The notes under the pieces are model-generated. The model was given only the letters and a program-made list of their open reading frames with translations. It did not search any database and was not told where the DNA came from. Source: Anaeramoeba ignava BMAN (taxonomy: Eukaryota > Protista > Anaeramoebae). Taken from it: a DNA stretch of 64,000 nt. Of the stretch, positions 49,447-61,069 are shown in pieces; the first letter of the stretch is position 1; each line of letters opens with the position of its first letter. Position numbers and translations under genes: made by a program. Location of the stretch: assembly GCA_028826165.1 (NCBI GenBank), contig JAPDFW010000136.1:186001-250000 (forward strand), read 5' to 3'.

Positions 49447-51213
49447 TTATTGATTTTGATTATTAAATTTTTTAATTAATAAATCAAATAAATTTGGATT
49501 TGTTTGATTTAATTGAAAATAATCAATTCCTGTTTCTAAGTCATCAATAATTTCTTGTATAATTTGAATCCCATTTTTAATTTGATTTGAATAAATCCAA
49601 TATTCTAATATTTGAAATGATTTATTACTTAATTCACTATAATCTGTAACTTTATTAGAAGTATCTTCTGTTACAGATAAAAACATTCCTCGATATAATT
49701 CACTTCTCATTATTAATATTAATTTAGGAAATTTATATTGTTTTTCTTTTCTTTCAATTATAAAATCTTTTTCATTTTCATTTTCATTTTCATTTAAATA
49801 AATTCTTTTCATTGTTTCTTCAATTTTTTCATTTGAATTTATAATTTCTTTGATTTCTGAATATAATTTTGGATTTATTTTGAATTTGTTTGAATAAATC
49901 ATTTCAAATATTTGATTTGATTCTTTAATTGATTTTTTTGAAATAATTTCTTGAAGTTTTTCAATTTGATTTTGATCTTTTAATCTATATTTCAATATTA
50001 ATTTATGAGCTTTGATTATTTCTCCATTTTCGGTTTTAAATGAAATATCACAAAATTCTTTTCTTTCAAATAATTTTATCAAATCTTCTTCAAGATTGGA
50101 AAAAGAAGAAGGAGAATAATAAAGAAATGAATGATAAGATCCACAATAAAGATGATAATTAGAAATTTCTTCATTAAATCTTAATTTAGGAAGTTCAATT
50201 TGAATTGGAATTCTTTGCGTTTCTGTATCTTCAGTTCCTAATTGACCATGAGAGTTATTTCCAAATCCTATCATTTTTGAATTAGAAGTTAAAATCAAAG
50301 TATGATTGTCTCCAACAGAAAAATCAAGAATATTATCATCATTTTCAAATAAAGATGATTTGACTTCAGTAAATTCATAAGTATTTTCATCTTTGCCAAG
50401 TCCATTAAATTGAGAATAACCACATGAATAAAGTTTTCTTTTTGGATTTTCATTTTCAATCAACATTATTGAATGATAATAACTAGTTTGAATATCAATT
50501 ATTTTGCCTTTTGGAATATTTTGGATTTTGGTTAATTTTTTGATATATGTTTCTTTTCTTGATTCTCCTAATCCAATTTGACCGTTTCCATTATATCCGC
50601 ATCCAAATAATTCTTGATTTAAATTTAAAAGAAAAACATGAAATGAATTGTTTCCTGAAAATATTTTAGAAACATTTTTCATCATTAAAATTGGTTTTTC
50701 TGTTTTTTTAAGTGTTTCAGAATCAAATCCAAGTTGACCATAAGAGTTTGAACCAATTCCATAAGCATTTTGATTTGAAGTTAATAAATAAATTGAACTA
50801 GCTCCAGAAACAATATCTTCAATTATTCTATCATTTTTATCTTCAATTAATGATGAAATATTAATAAATTGATTTGGATTATTTGGATTAATATTATTTC
50901 CTTTTGCAAATACATTTCCTTCTATTGTTAAAATAGCTTCATTTCCATAATTACCAAAAGTTACTTTTTGAATATTTTCAATTTGAATTTTTTCAGGATT
51001 TTGATTTGAGTCTTCTGAAGATTCAAATAGTTTCCCATTTTCAAAAAGGAAAAATACTGATGAATTTGATGATAGAATTTGTTTAATTTGTTTTTCATTT
51101 TCATTTTCATTTTCATTTTCAAATTTAAATTGAGTTGGTTTTGTTATTTTTTCTGGTTCATTTTCTAAAAGTTTTGGAGATGCATTGTGACCAAAAAATA
51201 AAATTTCATTCAT
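49447..51213 (-). CDS. RCC1-repeat beta-propeller plus tandem BTB protein, copy 1
   Basis: RCC1 repeats G.N..GQLG, VGDNHTLIL; BTB FCDISF..IKAHKLIL; second BTB-like KDFII..RSELYRGMF. Confidence 0.9.
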   Translation of the reverse strand: MNEILFFGHNASPKLLENEPEKITKPTQFKFENENENENEKQIKQILSSNSSVFFLFENGKLFESSEDSNQNPEKIQIENIQKVTFGNYGNEAILTIEGNVFAKGNNINPNNPNQFINISSLIEDKNDRIIEDIVSGASSIYLLTSNQNAYGIGSNSYGQLGFDSETLKKTEKPILMMKNVSKIFSGNNSFHVFLLNLNQELFGCGYNGNGQIGLGESRKETYIKKLTKIQNIPKGKIIDIQTSYYHSIMLIENENPKRKLYSCGYSQFNGLGKDENTYEFTEVKSSLFENDDNILDFSVGDNHTLILTSNSKMIGFGNNSHGQLGTEDTETQRIPIQIELPKLRFNEEISNYHLYCGSYHSFLYYSPSSFSNLEEDLIKLFERKEFCDISFKTENGEIIKAHKLILKYRLKDQNQIEKLQEIISKKSIKESNQIFEMIYSNKFKINPKLYSEIKEIINSNEKIEETMKRIYLNENENENEKDFIIERKEKQYKFPKLILIMRSELYRGMFLSVTEDTSNKVTDYSELSNKSFQILEYWIYSNQIKNGIQIIQEIIDDLETGIDYFQLNQTNPNLFDLLIKKFNNQNQ

Positions 51214-51239
51214 TTTTAAAATGAAAAAAATGAAAAAAA

Positions 51240-51717
51240 TGATTTTTAATTTTGATTTTAATTTTAATTTTAATTTTAATTTTAATTTTAATTTTAATTT
51301 TAATTTTAATTTTGATTTTAATTTTAATTTTAATTTTAATTTTAATTTTAATTTTAATTTTAATTTTAATTTTAATTTAAATTTTAATTTTAATTTTAAT
51401 TTTGATTTTAATTTTAATTTTAATTTTTGATTTTAATTTTAATTTTAATTTTAATTTTAATTTTAATTTTAATTTTAATTTAAATTTTGATTTTAATTTT
51501 AATTTTTAATTTTAATTTTAATTTAAATTTTAATTTTAATTTTAATTTAAATTTTAATTTAATTTAATTTTAATTTTAATTTTGATTTTAATTTTAATTT
51601 TAATTTTAATTTTTATTTTTAATTTTTTGATTTTAATTTTGATTATTATTTTTAATTTTAATTTTAATTTAAATTTTAATTTTAATTTTAATTTAAATTT
51701 TAATTTTGATTTTAATT
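51240..51717. repeat. (TTTTAA)n intergenic microsatellite
   Basis: Direct tandem repeat. Confidence 0.9.
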
Positions 51718-53493
51718 TTAATTTTGATTATTAAATTTTTTAATTAATAAATCAAATAAATTTGGATTTGTTTGATTTAATTGAAAATAATCAATTCCTG
51801 TTTCTAAGTCATCAATGATTTCTTGTGTAATTTGAATTCCATTTTTAATTTGATTTGAATAAATCCAATATTCTAATATTTGAAATGATTTATTACTTAA
51901 TTCACTATAATCTGTAACTTTATTAGAAGTATCTTCTGTTACAGATAAAAACATTCCTCGATATAATTCACTTCTCATTATTAATATTAATTTAGGAAAT
52001 TTATATTGTTTTTCTTTTCTTTCAATAATAAAATCTTTTTCATTTTCATTTTCATTTTCATTTAAATAAATTCTTTTCATTGTTTCTTCAATTTTTTCAT
52101 TTGAATTTATAATTTCTTTAATTTCATAATATAATTTTGGATTTATTATTCTGTTTGAATAAATCATTTCAAATATTTGATTTGATTCTTTAATTGATTT
52201 TTTTGAAATAATTTCTTGAAGTTTTTCAATTTGATTTTGATCTTTTAATCTGTATTTCAATATTAATTTATGAGCTTTGATTATTTCTCCATTTTTGGTT
52301 TTAAATGAAATATTACAAAATTCTTTTCTTCTAAATAATTTTATCAAATCTTCTTCAAGATTGGAAAAGGAAGGAGGGGAATAATAAAGAAATGAGTTTT
52401 CATCTCCACAAGAAATATGATAATTATAAATATCTTCATTAAATCTTAATTTAGGAAGTTCAATTTGAATTGGAATTGGTTGCTCTTTTGTATTTCCAGT
52501 TCCTAATTGACCACAATCATTACCTCCAAATCCAATTAATTTTGAATTAGAAGTTAAAATCAAAGTATGTTGATATCCAACAGAAAAATCAAGAATATAA
52601 TCATTTTCAAATAAAGATGATTTGATTTCAGTAAATTCATCAATATTTTCATCTTCACCTTTGCCAAGTCCATTATATCCATAATATCCACATGAATAAA
52701 ATTTTCTTTTTTCATCTCCATCTTCAATCAACATTATTGATTGGGAATTTCCACATTGAATATCAATTATTTTGCCTTTTGGAATATTTTGGATCTTGGT
52801 TAATTTTTGTATTTTTGATTCTTCTTTTCTTGATTCTCCTAATCCAAGTTGGCCATAATTATTCCAGCCACAACAAAATAATTCTTGATTTGAATTTAAA
52901 AGAAAAACATGATATGAAATAATTCCTGAAAATATTTTAGAAACATTTTTCATCATTAAAATTGGTTTTTCTGTTTTTTGAAGTTTTTTAGGATCAAAAC
53001 CAAGTTGACAATTTCCATTTGAACCAATTCCATAAACATTTTGATTTGAAGTTAATAAGTAAATTGACTGAGCAGAACAAGCAATATCTTGAATTATTCT
53101 ATCATTTGTATCTTCAATTAATGATGAAATATTGATAAATTCATTTGATTTTTTTGAATTAATATTTATCCCTTTTGCAAATACATTTCCTTCTATTGTT
53201 AAAATAGCTTCATTTCGAAAACTAACAGTTACTTTTTGAATATTTTCTTCAATTTGGATTTTTTCAGGATCTGGATTTATATCTCTGGAATATGGATCAT
53301 TTAAATATTCTATTGCTTTTCCATTTTTAAAAAGGAAAATTGTTGCAAATAAACCTGATGAAATTTGTTTAATTTGTTTTTCATTTTCATTTTCATTTTC
53401 AAATTTAAATTGAATTGGTTTTTTTATTGAATCTGGTTTATTTGGGAAAAATTGTGGATCTTGATTATCACCAAAAAATAAAATTTCATTCAT
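51718..53493 (-). CDS. RCC1-repeat plus tandem BTB protein, copy 2
   Basis: Colinear paralog of copy 1; intact 591-aa ORF. Confidence 0.9.
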   Translation of the reverse strand: MNEILFFGDNQDPQFFPNKPDSIKKPIQFKFENENENEKQIKQISSGLFATIFLFKNGKAIEYLNDPYSRDINPDPEKIQIEENIQKVTVSFRNEAILTIEGNVFAKGININSKKSNEFINISSLIEDTNDRIIQDIACSAQSIYLLTSNQNVYGIGSNGNCQLGFDPKKLQKTEKPILMMKNVSKIFSGIISYHVFLLNSNQELFCCGWNNYGQLGLGESRKEESKIQKLTKIQNIPKGKIIDIQCGNSQSIMLIEDGDEKRKFYSCGYYGYNGLGKGEDENIDEFTEIKSSLFENDYILDFSVGYQHTLILTSNSKLIGFGGNDCGQLGTGNTKEQPIPIQIELPKLRFNEDIYNYHISCGDENSFLYYSPPSFSNLEEDLIKLFRRKEFCNISFKTKNGEIIKAHKLILKYRLKDQNQIEKLQEIISKKSIKESNQIFEMIYSNRIINPKLYYEIKEIINSNEKIEETMKRIYLNENENENEKDFIIERKEKQYKFPKLILIMRSELYRGMFLSVTEDTSNKVTDYSELSNKSFQILEYWIYSNQIKNGIQITQEIIDDLETGIDYFQLNQTNPNLFDLLIKKFNNQN

Positions 53494-53535
53494 TTTTGAA
53501 ATGAAAAAAAATGAAAAAAAATGAAAAAATGAATT
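53494..53535 (-). promoter_or_regulatory. Tandem initiator-like TCATTTTT motifs (representative site)
   Basis: Four TCATTTTT units on the coding strand just before the ATG; the same pattern precedes most genes in the window. Confidence 0.5.
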
Positions 53536-53553
53536 TTGGTTTTAATTGTTTTT

Positions 53554-56500
53554 TTAAATATTTTTTAATGTTTTCTTTCCAAAATTTTGAATTTCTTGAT
53601 TTTTTGGAAAACGTTTTAAAGCTTGTTTAATGCATTCATTTCCTTTAGATCTTCTTATTCCCATTTTATTCTCTAATTTATTTGAATTTTAAATTTTGAA
53701 TTTTGAATTTAAATTTAATTTTGATTTTGATTTTGATTTTTGATTTTTACCTTTATTTAAAGAAATATGATATAAAATTAAACATCCAAATTTTTGGATT
53801 AATTCAGAATTTGGGAAATTATTCATTGTTTTAATTATAATTTCAATTCCATTTAATTCAATAATTTCAATTCCATCCAATTCAATAATTTCATTTCTGT
53901 TTAATTGAATAATTTTGTTCTTGTTTTCTGTTTTATTTTGTTTTTTGTTTTATGAGAATTAATAAGTTCAAAATAAAAATAATAAAATAATAAAAATCAT
54001 TTTACCTTTGTTATCAATTAAATTTGATAAAGATTCAAATGCTTTAATTTGGATATTTTGATTTGTTGGGAAATTAATAATTGCTTTTATAATTGTTTCA
54101 ATTCCATTTATTTCTCCAATTTGAATTTTAATTTCTGTTTTTAATTTTTGATTTAAGTATTAATATTGATTTAAATATTAATATTGATTTATATTTTACC
54201 ATTATCATTAGAAATATTAGATAAAATTTCAAATCCTTTATTTTGAATATTTTCATTTGTTGAGAAATTAATCATTGCTTGAATAACTGCTTCAATTCCA
54301 TTTAATTCTTTTATTGCGTTTTTAATTTCTATTTTTATATATTTATAAATTAAATATTTAGATTTAAATATTTATTGATTGATTTATATTTTACCATTAT
54401 CATTAGAAAGAATAGATAAAATTTCTAATGTTTTATTTTGAATATTTTCTTTTGTTGGGAAATTAATCATTGATTGAATAATTGCTTCAATTCCATTGAT
54501 TTTTTTTATTGTGCTTTTAATTTCTATTTTTATATTTATAAATTAAATATTTATATTTGAATTAATTATGTTTGATTAATATTTTACCCTTATTATCTAA
54601 AATATTCATTAAAACTTTAAATCCTTGATTTTGAATATTTTTATTTGTTGGGAAATTAATCATTGCTTTTATAATCATTTCAATTCCATTTAATTCTAAA
54701 ATTTTAATTTTCTTAACTATTGTTTTATTGTTATTATTATTATTAATAATAATTTGTTTTTTGTTTGAATTATAATTTTATAATTTACATTTATCATTAG
54801 AAATAATAGATAAAAATCCACATCCTTGATTTTGAATATTTTGATTTTTTGAGAAATTAATCATTGCTTTTATAATCATTTCAATTCCATTTAATTCTAG
54901 AATTTTATCTAAATTCACTAATAATATTTTTTTTTTTTGATTTTGAAAAAAGAAAGAAGAAATGAATATGATTAATAATATTTGTTTTATAATATTTATT
55001 TATGGATATAATTTACTTGAGTTTTTAGAAAAATTAAATAAAGCTTCAAATGCTTTTTCTTGAATTTGTTCATTATTTGAGAAATTAATCATTGCTTTAA
55101 TAACTGGTTCAATTCCATTTATATTTTTTAAGTAATAGGCATTATCTAATAATTATAAAATCAAAAATTAAAAATAAAATTTTGTTTTTGAAGATATTTT
55201 TGTGTTTTTTTTATTGATAAATAAATTACTAATATTAGTTGTAATATTTGATAAAATTCCACATCCATAATTTTGAATTTCTTCATTATTTGGAAAGTTA
55301 TTCATTGCTGCTATAATTTGATGAGAAACTTCATTTATGATCTTGTTTTGATTTTCTTTAAAGTTAATTAAATAATAAAATATTTTTGGAATAAATATAA
55401 GAATAAAGAAAAAATAAAATAAGATAAAAGTGGATTATGAAATGATAAATATCAAAATAATTTAATATTTTCAAATTATTTTTATTTTACCTTTATCAGT
55501 TGAAAGATTATAAACGGTTTTAAGTCCAAATTTTTGAATTTCTTCATTTTCATACCAACTATTCATTGCGTTACGAATTTGACTAATTCCATCTAATTCT
55601 CTAATTTTGATTTTATTTTCTATTTTTTTGGAAAGAAATTTAAAATCAATTTTGTTTTTAGATTTAATAAAAAAGATATAAAATAAATTAAAATCAATAA
55701 AAGAAAATAAAATAAATTGTTTATTCTTTTTATTATTTACCTTCATCTAAAGAAAAATTTGATAAAGCTTTACATATATTATAATAGATTTCTTGAGTAT
55801 AAAATACAGATTTTGTTAGATTTATTATTATTATTTCAATTCCATTTAATTCTTCAATTTTGATTCTGTTTTCTATTTTAATTTAATTAAATTTTGGATT
55901 AAAATTAATGGAAAATAATTTGTTTTATTTTGATTTCTCTCATTTATTTAATTTAATTAATAATTATTTACCTTTATTAAAAGAAAGATTTGTTAAAGCT
56001 TCACATCCATTAAATTGAATATCTCTATCATTTGGGAAATTAATCATTGATTTGATAATTGGTTCAATTCCATTTAATTCTCTAATTTGAATTTTGTTTT
56101 CTATTTTTGTTTTTTTAATTAATATTTTTTGATATAAATTTAATTAATAATAATTTACCATCATTAATAGAAATATTTGTTAAAACTTTACATCCACTAT
56201 TTTGAATATATTCATCATTTGGGAAATTAATCATTGATTGAATAATTGGTTCAATTCCATTTAATTCTTTAATTTGGATTTTGTTTTCTATTTTTGTTTA
56301 TTTTTCAAAAACAAGAAAAGTTTAATTTTTGATTTTTGATTTTTGGATTTTTTGATTTTTGGATTTTGATTTAGATTGAAAATGTTTAATAATAATTTAC
56401 CTTCATTAATAGAAATATTTGTTAAAGCTTCACATCCATTAAATTGAATATCTCTATTATTTGGGAAATTAATCATTGATTGAATAATTGGTTCAATTCC

Positions 56501-58403
56501 ATTTAATTCTTTAATTTGGATTTTGTTTTCTATTTTTGTTTATTAATTAATATTTTTGATATAAATTTAATTTAATTAATAATAATAATTTACCATCATT
56601 AATAGAAATATTTGATAAAACTTTACATCCACTATTTTGAATATCTTTATCATTTGGGAAATTAATCATTGATTGAATAATTGGTTCAATTCCATTTAAT
56701 TCTTTAATTTTGATTTTGTTTTCTATTTTTGTTTATTTTTCAAAAACAAGAAAAGTTTGATTTTTGGATTTTTGATTTTTGATTTTTGGATTTTTGGATT
56801 TTGATTTAGATTGAAAATGTTTAATAATAATTTACCTTTATTAATAGAAATATTTGTTAAAGCTTCACATCCATTAAATTGAATATCTCTATTATTTGGG
56901 AAATTAATCATTGATTGAATAATTGGTTCAATTCCATTTAATTCTTTAATTTTGATTTTGTTTTCTATTTTTGTTTATTTATTTAGTTAATTAATATTTT
57001 TTGATATAAATTTAATTTAATTAATAATAATAATTTACCATCATTAATAGAAATATTTGTTAAAACTTTACATCCACTATTTTGAATATATTCATCATTT
57101 GGGAAATTAATCATTGATTGAATAATTGGTTCAATTCCATTTAATTCTTTAATTTTGATTTTGTTTTCTAATTTTGTTTATTTTTCAAAAACAAGAAAAG
57201 TTTGATTTTTGATTTTTGATTTTTGATTTTTGATTGAATTATTATCAAATCTTTTATTTTTATGTTTTATTCTTGATTATTTACTTTCATTATGAGAAAT
57301 ATTAAATAAACTATCACAACTTTCAGATTGAATATTTGAATCTTTTTGAAACTTATTCATTGAATTAATTATTGGCTTAATTCCTTTTAATTTTCTAATT
57401 TCAATTTGATTTTCTATTTGTAATTTTTTTTTTGAGGAGAAAATAAATATTAAATTGATTATTTCTTTTGATTTATTTTTTTTTTTATTTACCATTATTT
57501 AAAGCAAGATTATTTAAGCATCTAATTCCTTGAAATTGAATATCTCTATTATTTGGAAAATTAATAATTGATTTAATAATTGGTTCAATTCCTTTCATTT
57601 CTTTAATTTCAATTTGATTTTCTATTTGTAATTTTTTTATTCAATTTAATTAAATTTAATTCAATTTTAATTTAATTTGGAAAATTGAAATTAAAATGGA
57701 AATTAAAATATTACGAGAATCAAAAGCAATATTAGCTAAAATTGAAATTGATTTTTCTTGAATAATTTGATTATTTGGAAAATTATTAATTGCTTTAAGA
57801 ATAAATAAAATTCCTTGATATTTTGCAATTTCAATTCCTTTTAATTTTTGGATTTCTTTATTTTTATTTTTTTAAATTAGTTTTGAATTTTGAATTAAAT
57901 TAAATTAAAAATAATATTATTTTACCTTCATTTTTTGTTGAAATTTTTTCTAAAATAAAACATCCATTTTCTTGAATTTTTTCATTTTTTGGAAATTGAT
58001 TAATTAAATTTATAATTTCTTCAATTGAAATTAATTCTAAATTATTTATATTTATAATATATTTAAATTTATTTAAATTTATTTATTTAGAAAGAATTTT
58101 TAAATAAATAAAATAAGAATAATAAAAATTTACTTTCATTTTCATTTTCATTTTGATTTTCATTTAAAAATGATTTTAAAAAGTTTTCTGCTTTTTTTTC
58201 TGTTTCTGGTTTTGTATTTTGATTATTATTATAATTATCAATATTATTGTTATAATTATTTTGAATTATATTGAATAAATTTTGTTGAAGTTCTTTAATT
58301 TGTTTATCTTTTTCATCCATTCTTTTTGAAGTTCATTAATTTGATTATCTTTTTCATTCATTCTTTTTGAAGTTCATTAATTTGATTTTTGAATTTGTTC
58401 CAT
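53554..58403 (-). CDS. 22-exon armadillo-repeat protein: N-terminal coiled coil plus 21 exons of about one repeat each
   Basis: Exons 58403-58134 (homopolymer frameshifts), 58036-57926, 57855-57715, 57621-57493, 57413-57285, 57167-57039, 56964-56836, 56722-56594, 56529-56401, 56287-56159, 56100-55972, 55872-55741, 55619-55491, 55355-55230, 55145-55017, 54917-54789, 54716-54588, 54523-54395, 54328-54200, 54134-54006, 53927-53751, 53672-53554. Consensus ENKI.I.EL.GIE.II..M.NFP.N..IQ..G...L.NIS is ARM-like. Confidence 0.85.
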
Positions 58404-58689
58404 TTTGAATTAAATTCAAATTAAAAATAAAAATAAAAATAATAGAAAATAACCTTTTTTTTGGATTAATTTTAAAATAAAATAAATTATTTTGAATAAA
58501 TAAATTAAATTATAAAAGAATTTAAAGAAAATGTTTTTTTATTTTGATTTATTTTTTTTATAATGAAAAAGGAAGAAAAATAATTACTTTTTCTTTTTAT
58601 TAACTTTTTTAAAAAAGGAAAGGAAAAAATGAAAAAATGAATTTTTGGAAAAGTTTTTTGATAAATAAATAAAAATAAATTTGGATTTT

Positions 58690-59185
58690 GTTTTTGATTT
58701 TAATTTTAATTTTAATTATAATTTTAATTTTAATTTTAATTTTGATTTTGATTTTGATTTTAATTTTAATTTTAATTTTAATTTTAATTTTAATTTTAAT
58801 TTTAATTTTGATTTTGATTTTAATTTTAATTTTAATTTTAATTTTAATTTTAATTTTAATTTTAATTTTAATTTTAATTTTAATTTTAATTTTAATTTTA
58901 ATTTTAATTTTAATTTTAATTTTGATTTTAATTTTAATTTTAATTTTGATTTTGATTTTTAATTTAAATTTTAATTTTAATTTTAATTTTGATTTTAATT
59001 TTTTTAATTTTAATTTTGATTTTAATTTTAATTTTAATTTTGATTTTAATTTTAATTTTAATTTTAATTTTAATTTTAATTTTAATTTTAATTTGGATTT
59101 TGTTTTTGATTTTAATTTTAATTTTAATTTTAATTTTGATTTTTGATTATTAAATTTTTAATTTAAATTTAAATTTTAATTTTAA
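58690..59185. repeat. (TTTTAA/TTTTGA)n intergenic microsatellite
   Basis: Direct tandem repeat. Confidence 0.9.
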
Positions 59186-60967
59186 TTTTTAAATTTGTTA
59201 ATTAATAAATCAAATAAATTTGGATTTGTTTGATTTAATTGAAAATAATCAATTCCAATTTGAATTTCATCAATTATTTCTTGTGTAATTTGAATTTCAT
59301 CTTTAATTTGATTTGAATAAATCCAATATTCAAATATTTGAAATGATTTATTACTTAATTCACTATAATCTGTAACTTTTATTTGATTTATCATTTGTTA
59401 CAGATAAAAACATTCCTCGATATAATTCACTTCTCATTATTAATATTAATTTTGGAAATTTATATTGTTTTTCTTTTTTTTCAATAATAAAATCTTTTTC
59501 ATTTTCATTTTCATTTTCATTTAAATAAATTCTTTTCATTGTTTCTTCAATTTTTTCATTTAAATTTATAATTTCTTTAATTTCTAAATATAATATTGGA
59601 TTTATCTTTCTGTTTGAATAAATCATTTCAAATATTTGATTTGATTCTTTAATTGATTTTTTTGAAATAATTTCTTTAAGTTTTTCAATTTCATTTTCAT
59701 TTTGATTTAATCTATATTTCAATATTAAATTATGAGCTTCAATTATTTCTCCATTTTTGGTTTTAAATGAAATATCACAAAATTCTTTTCTTCTAAATAA
59801 TTTTATCAAATCTTCTTCAAGATTGGAAAAAGAAAGAGGAGAATAATAAAGAAATGATTTATCATATCCACAAGAAAGATGATAATTAGAAATATCTTCA
59901 TTAAATCTTAATTTAGGAAGTTCAATTTGAATTGGGATTAATTGATTATTTGTATCTCCAGTTCCTAATTGACCATATTCATTATGTCCAAATCCAATTA
60001 ATTTTGAATTTGAAGTTAAAATCAAAGTAGATTCATCTCCAACAGAAAAATCAAGAATATTATCATCATTTTCAAATAAAGATGATTTGATTTCAGTAAA
60101 TTCATAAGTATTTTCATTTTTGCCAAGTCCATTACATTCATAATACCCAGATGAATAAAGTTTTCTTTTTGGATTTTCATTTTCATTTTCATTTTCAATC
60201 AACATTATTGAATGAAAATTTCCAGATTGAATATCAATTATTTTGCCTTTTGGAATATTTTGGATTTTGGTTAATTTTTTGGGTTTGTCTTTTTTTGATT
60301 CTCCTAATCCAAGTTGACCATATGTATTATATCCGCATACAAATAATTCTTGATTTGAATTTAAAAGAAAAATTCGATGTGAAGTATTTCCTGAAAATAT
60401 TTTAGAAACATTTTTCATCATTAAAATTGGTTTTTTTGTTTTTTTAAGTATTTCAGAATCAAAACCAAGTTGACCAAATTGATTTGAACCAATTCCATAA
60501 ACATTTTGATTTGAAGTTAATAAATAAATTGAAAAGATTCCAGAAACAATATCTTGAATTATTCTATCATTTGTATCTTCAATTAATGATGAAATATTGA
60601 TAAATTCATTTGGATTAATATATCTTCCTTTAGCAAATACATTTCCTTCTTTTGTTAAAATAGCTTCATTTTCCCAACCAACAGTTACTTTTTGAATATT
60701 TTCAATTTGGATTTTTGAAGGATTTTGATTTGGATTTTCATTTAAATCATTTTCATTTAGATATTCTATTGCTTTTCCATTTTTAAAAAGGAAAATTGTT
60801 GAAAAATCACTTGATGAAATTTGTTTAATTTGTTTTTCATTTTCATTTTCATTTTCATTTTCATTTTCATTTTCAAATTTAAATTGAATTGGTTTTGTTA
60901 TTTGATTTGGTTCATTTTTGATAAATTTTGGATATTCATTTCTTCCAAAAAATAAAATTTCATTCAT
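59182..60967 (-). CDS. RCC1-repeat plus tandem BTB protein, copy 3 (one-base frameshift ~59380)
   Basis: ORFs 59363-60967 and 59182-59394 join if the extra T in GTAACTTTTA (paralogs have GTAACTTTA) is removed. Confidence 0.88.
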
Positions 60968-61069
60968 TTTCTTTTTTTATTTTATAATTTTATAATTTTT
61001 TTTGAAAAGAAAAAAATGAAAAAAAATGAAAAAAATAAAAATTTTTTAATTTTAATTTTGAATAAAAAC

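Noticed and set aside
51240-51717. Interstitial telomeric repeats
   Set aside because: Units are TTTTAA/TTTTGA without G-runs, and the same hexamers occur throughout introns and exons
42070-53493. Diversity-generating retroelement as the cause of TLDc/RCC1 variability
   Set aside because: No reverse transcriptase in the window, no template repeat, and the differences involve non-adenine positions and indels (TAT/CCT, GGT/TAT, GTT/CTT)
7538-60967. Programmed frameshifting or widespread pseudogenisation
   Set aside because: The breaks I could resolve are one-base indels in A/T homopolymers at different places in paralogs, typical of consensus error; real pseudogenes cannot be excluded without reads
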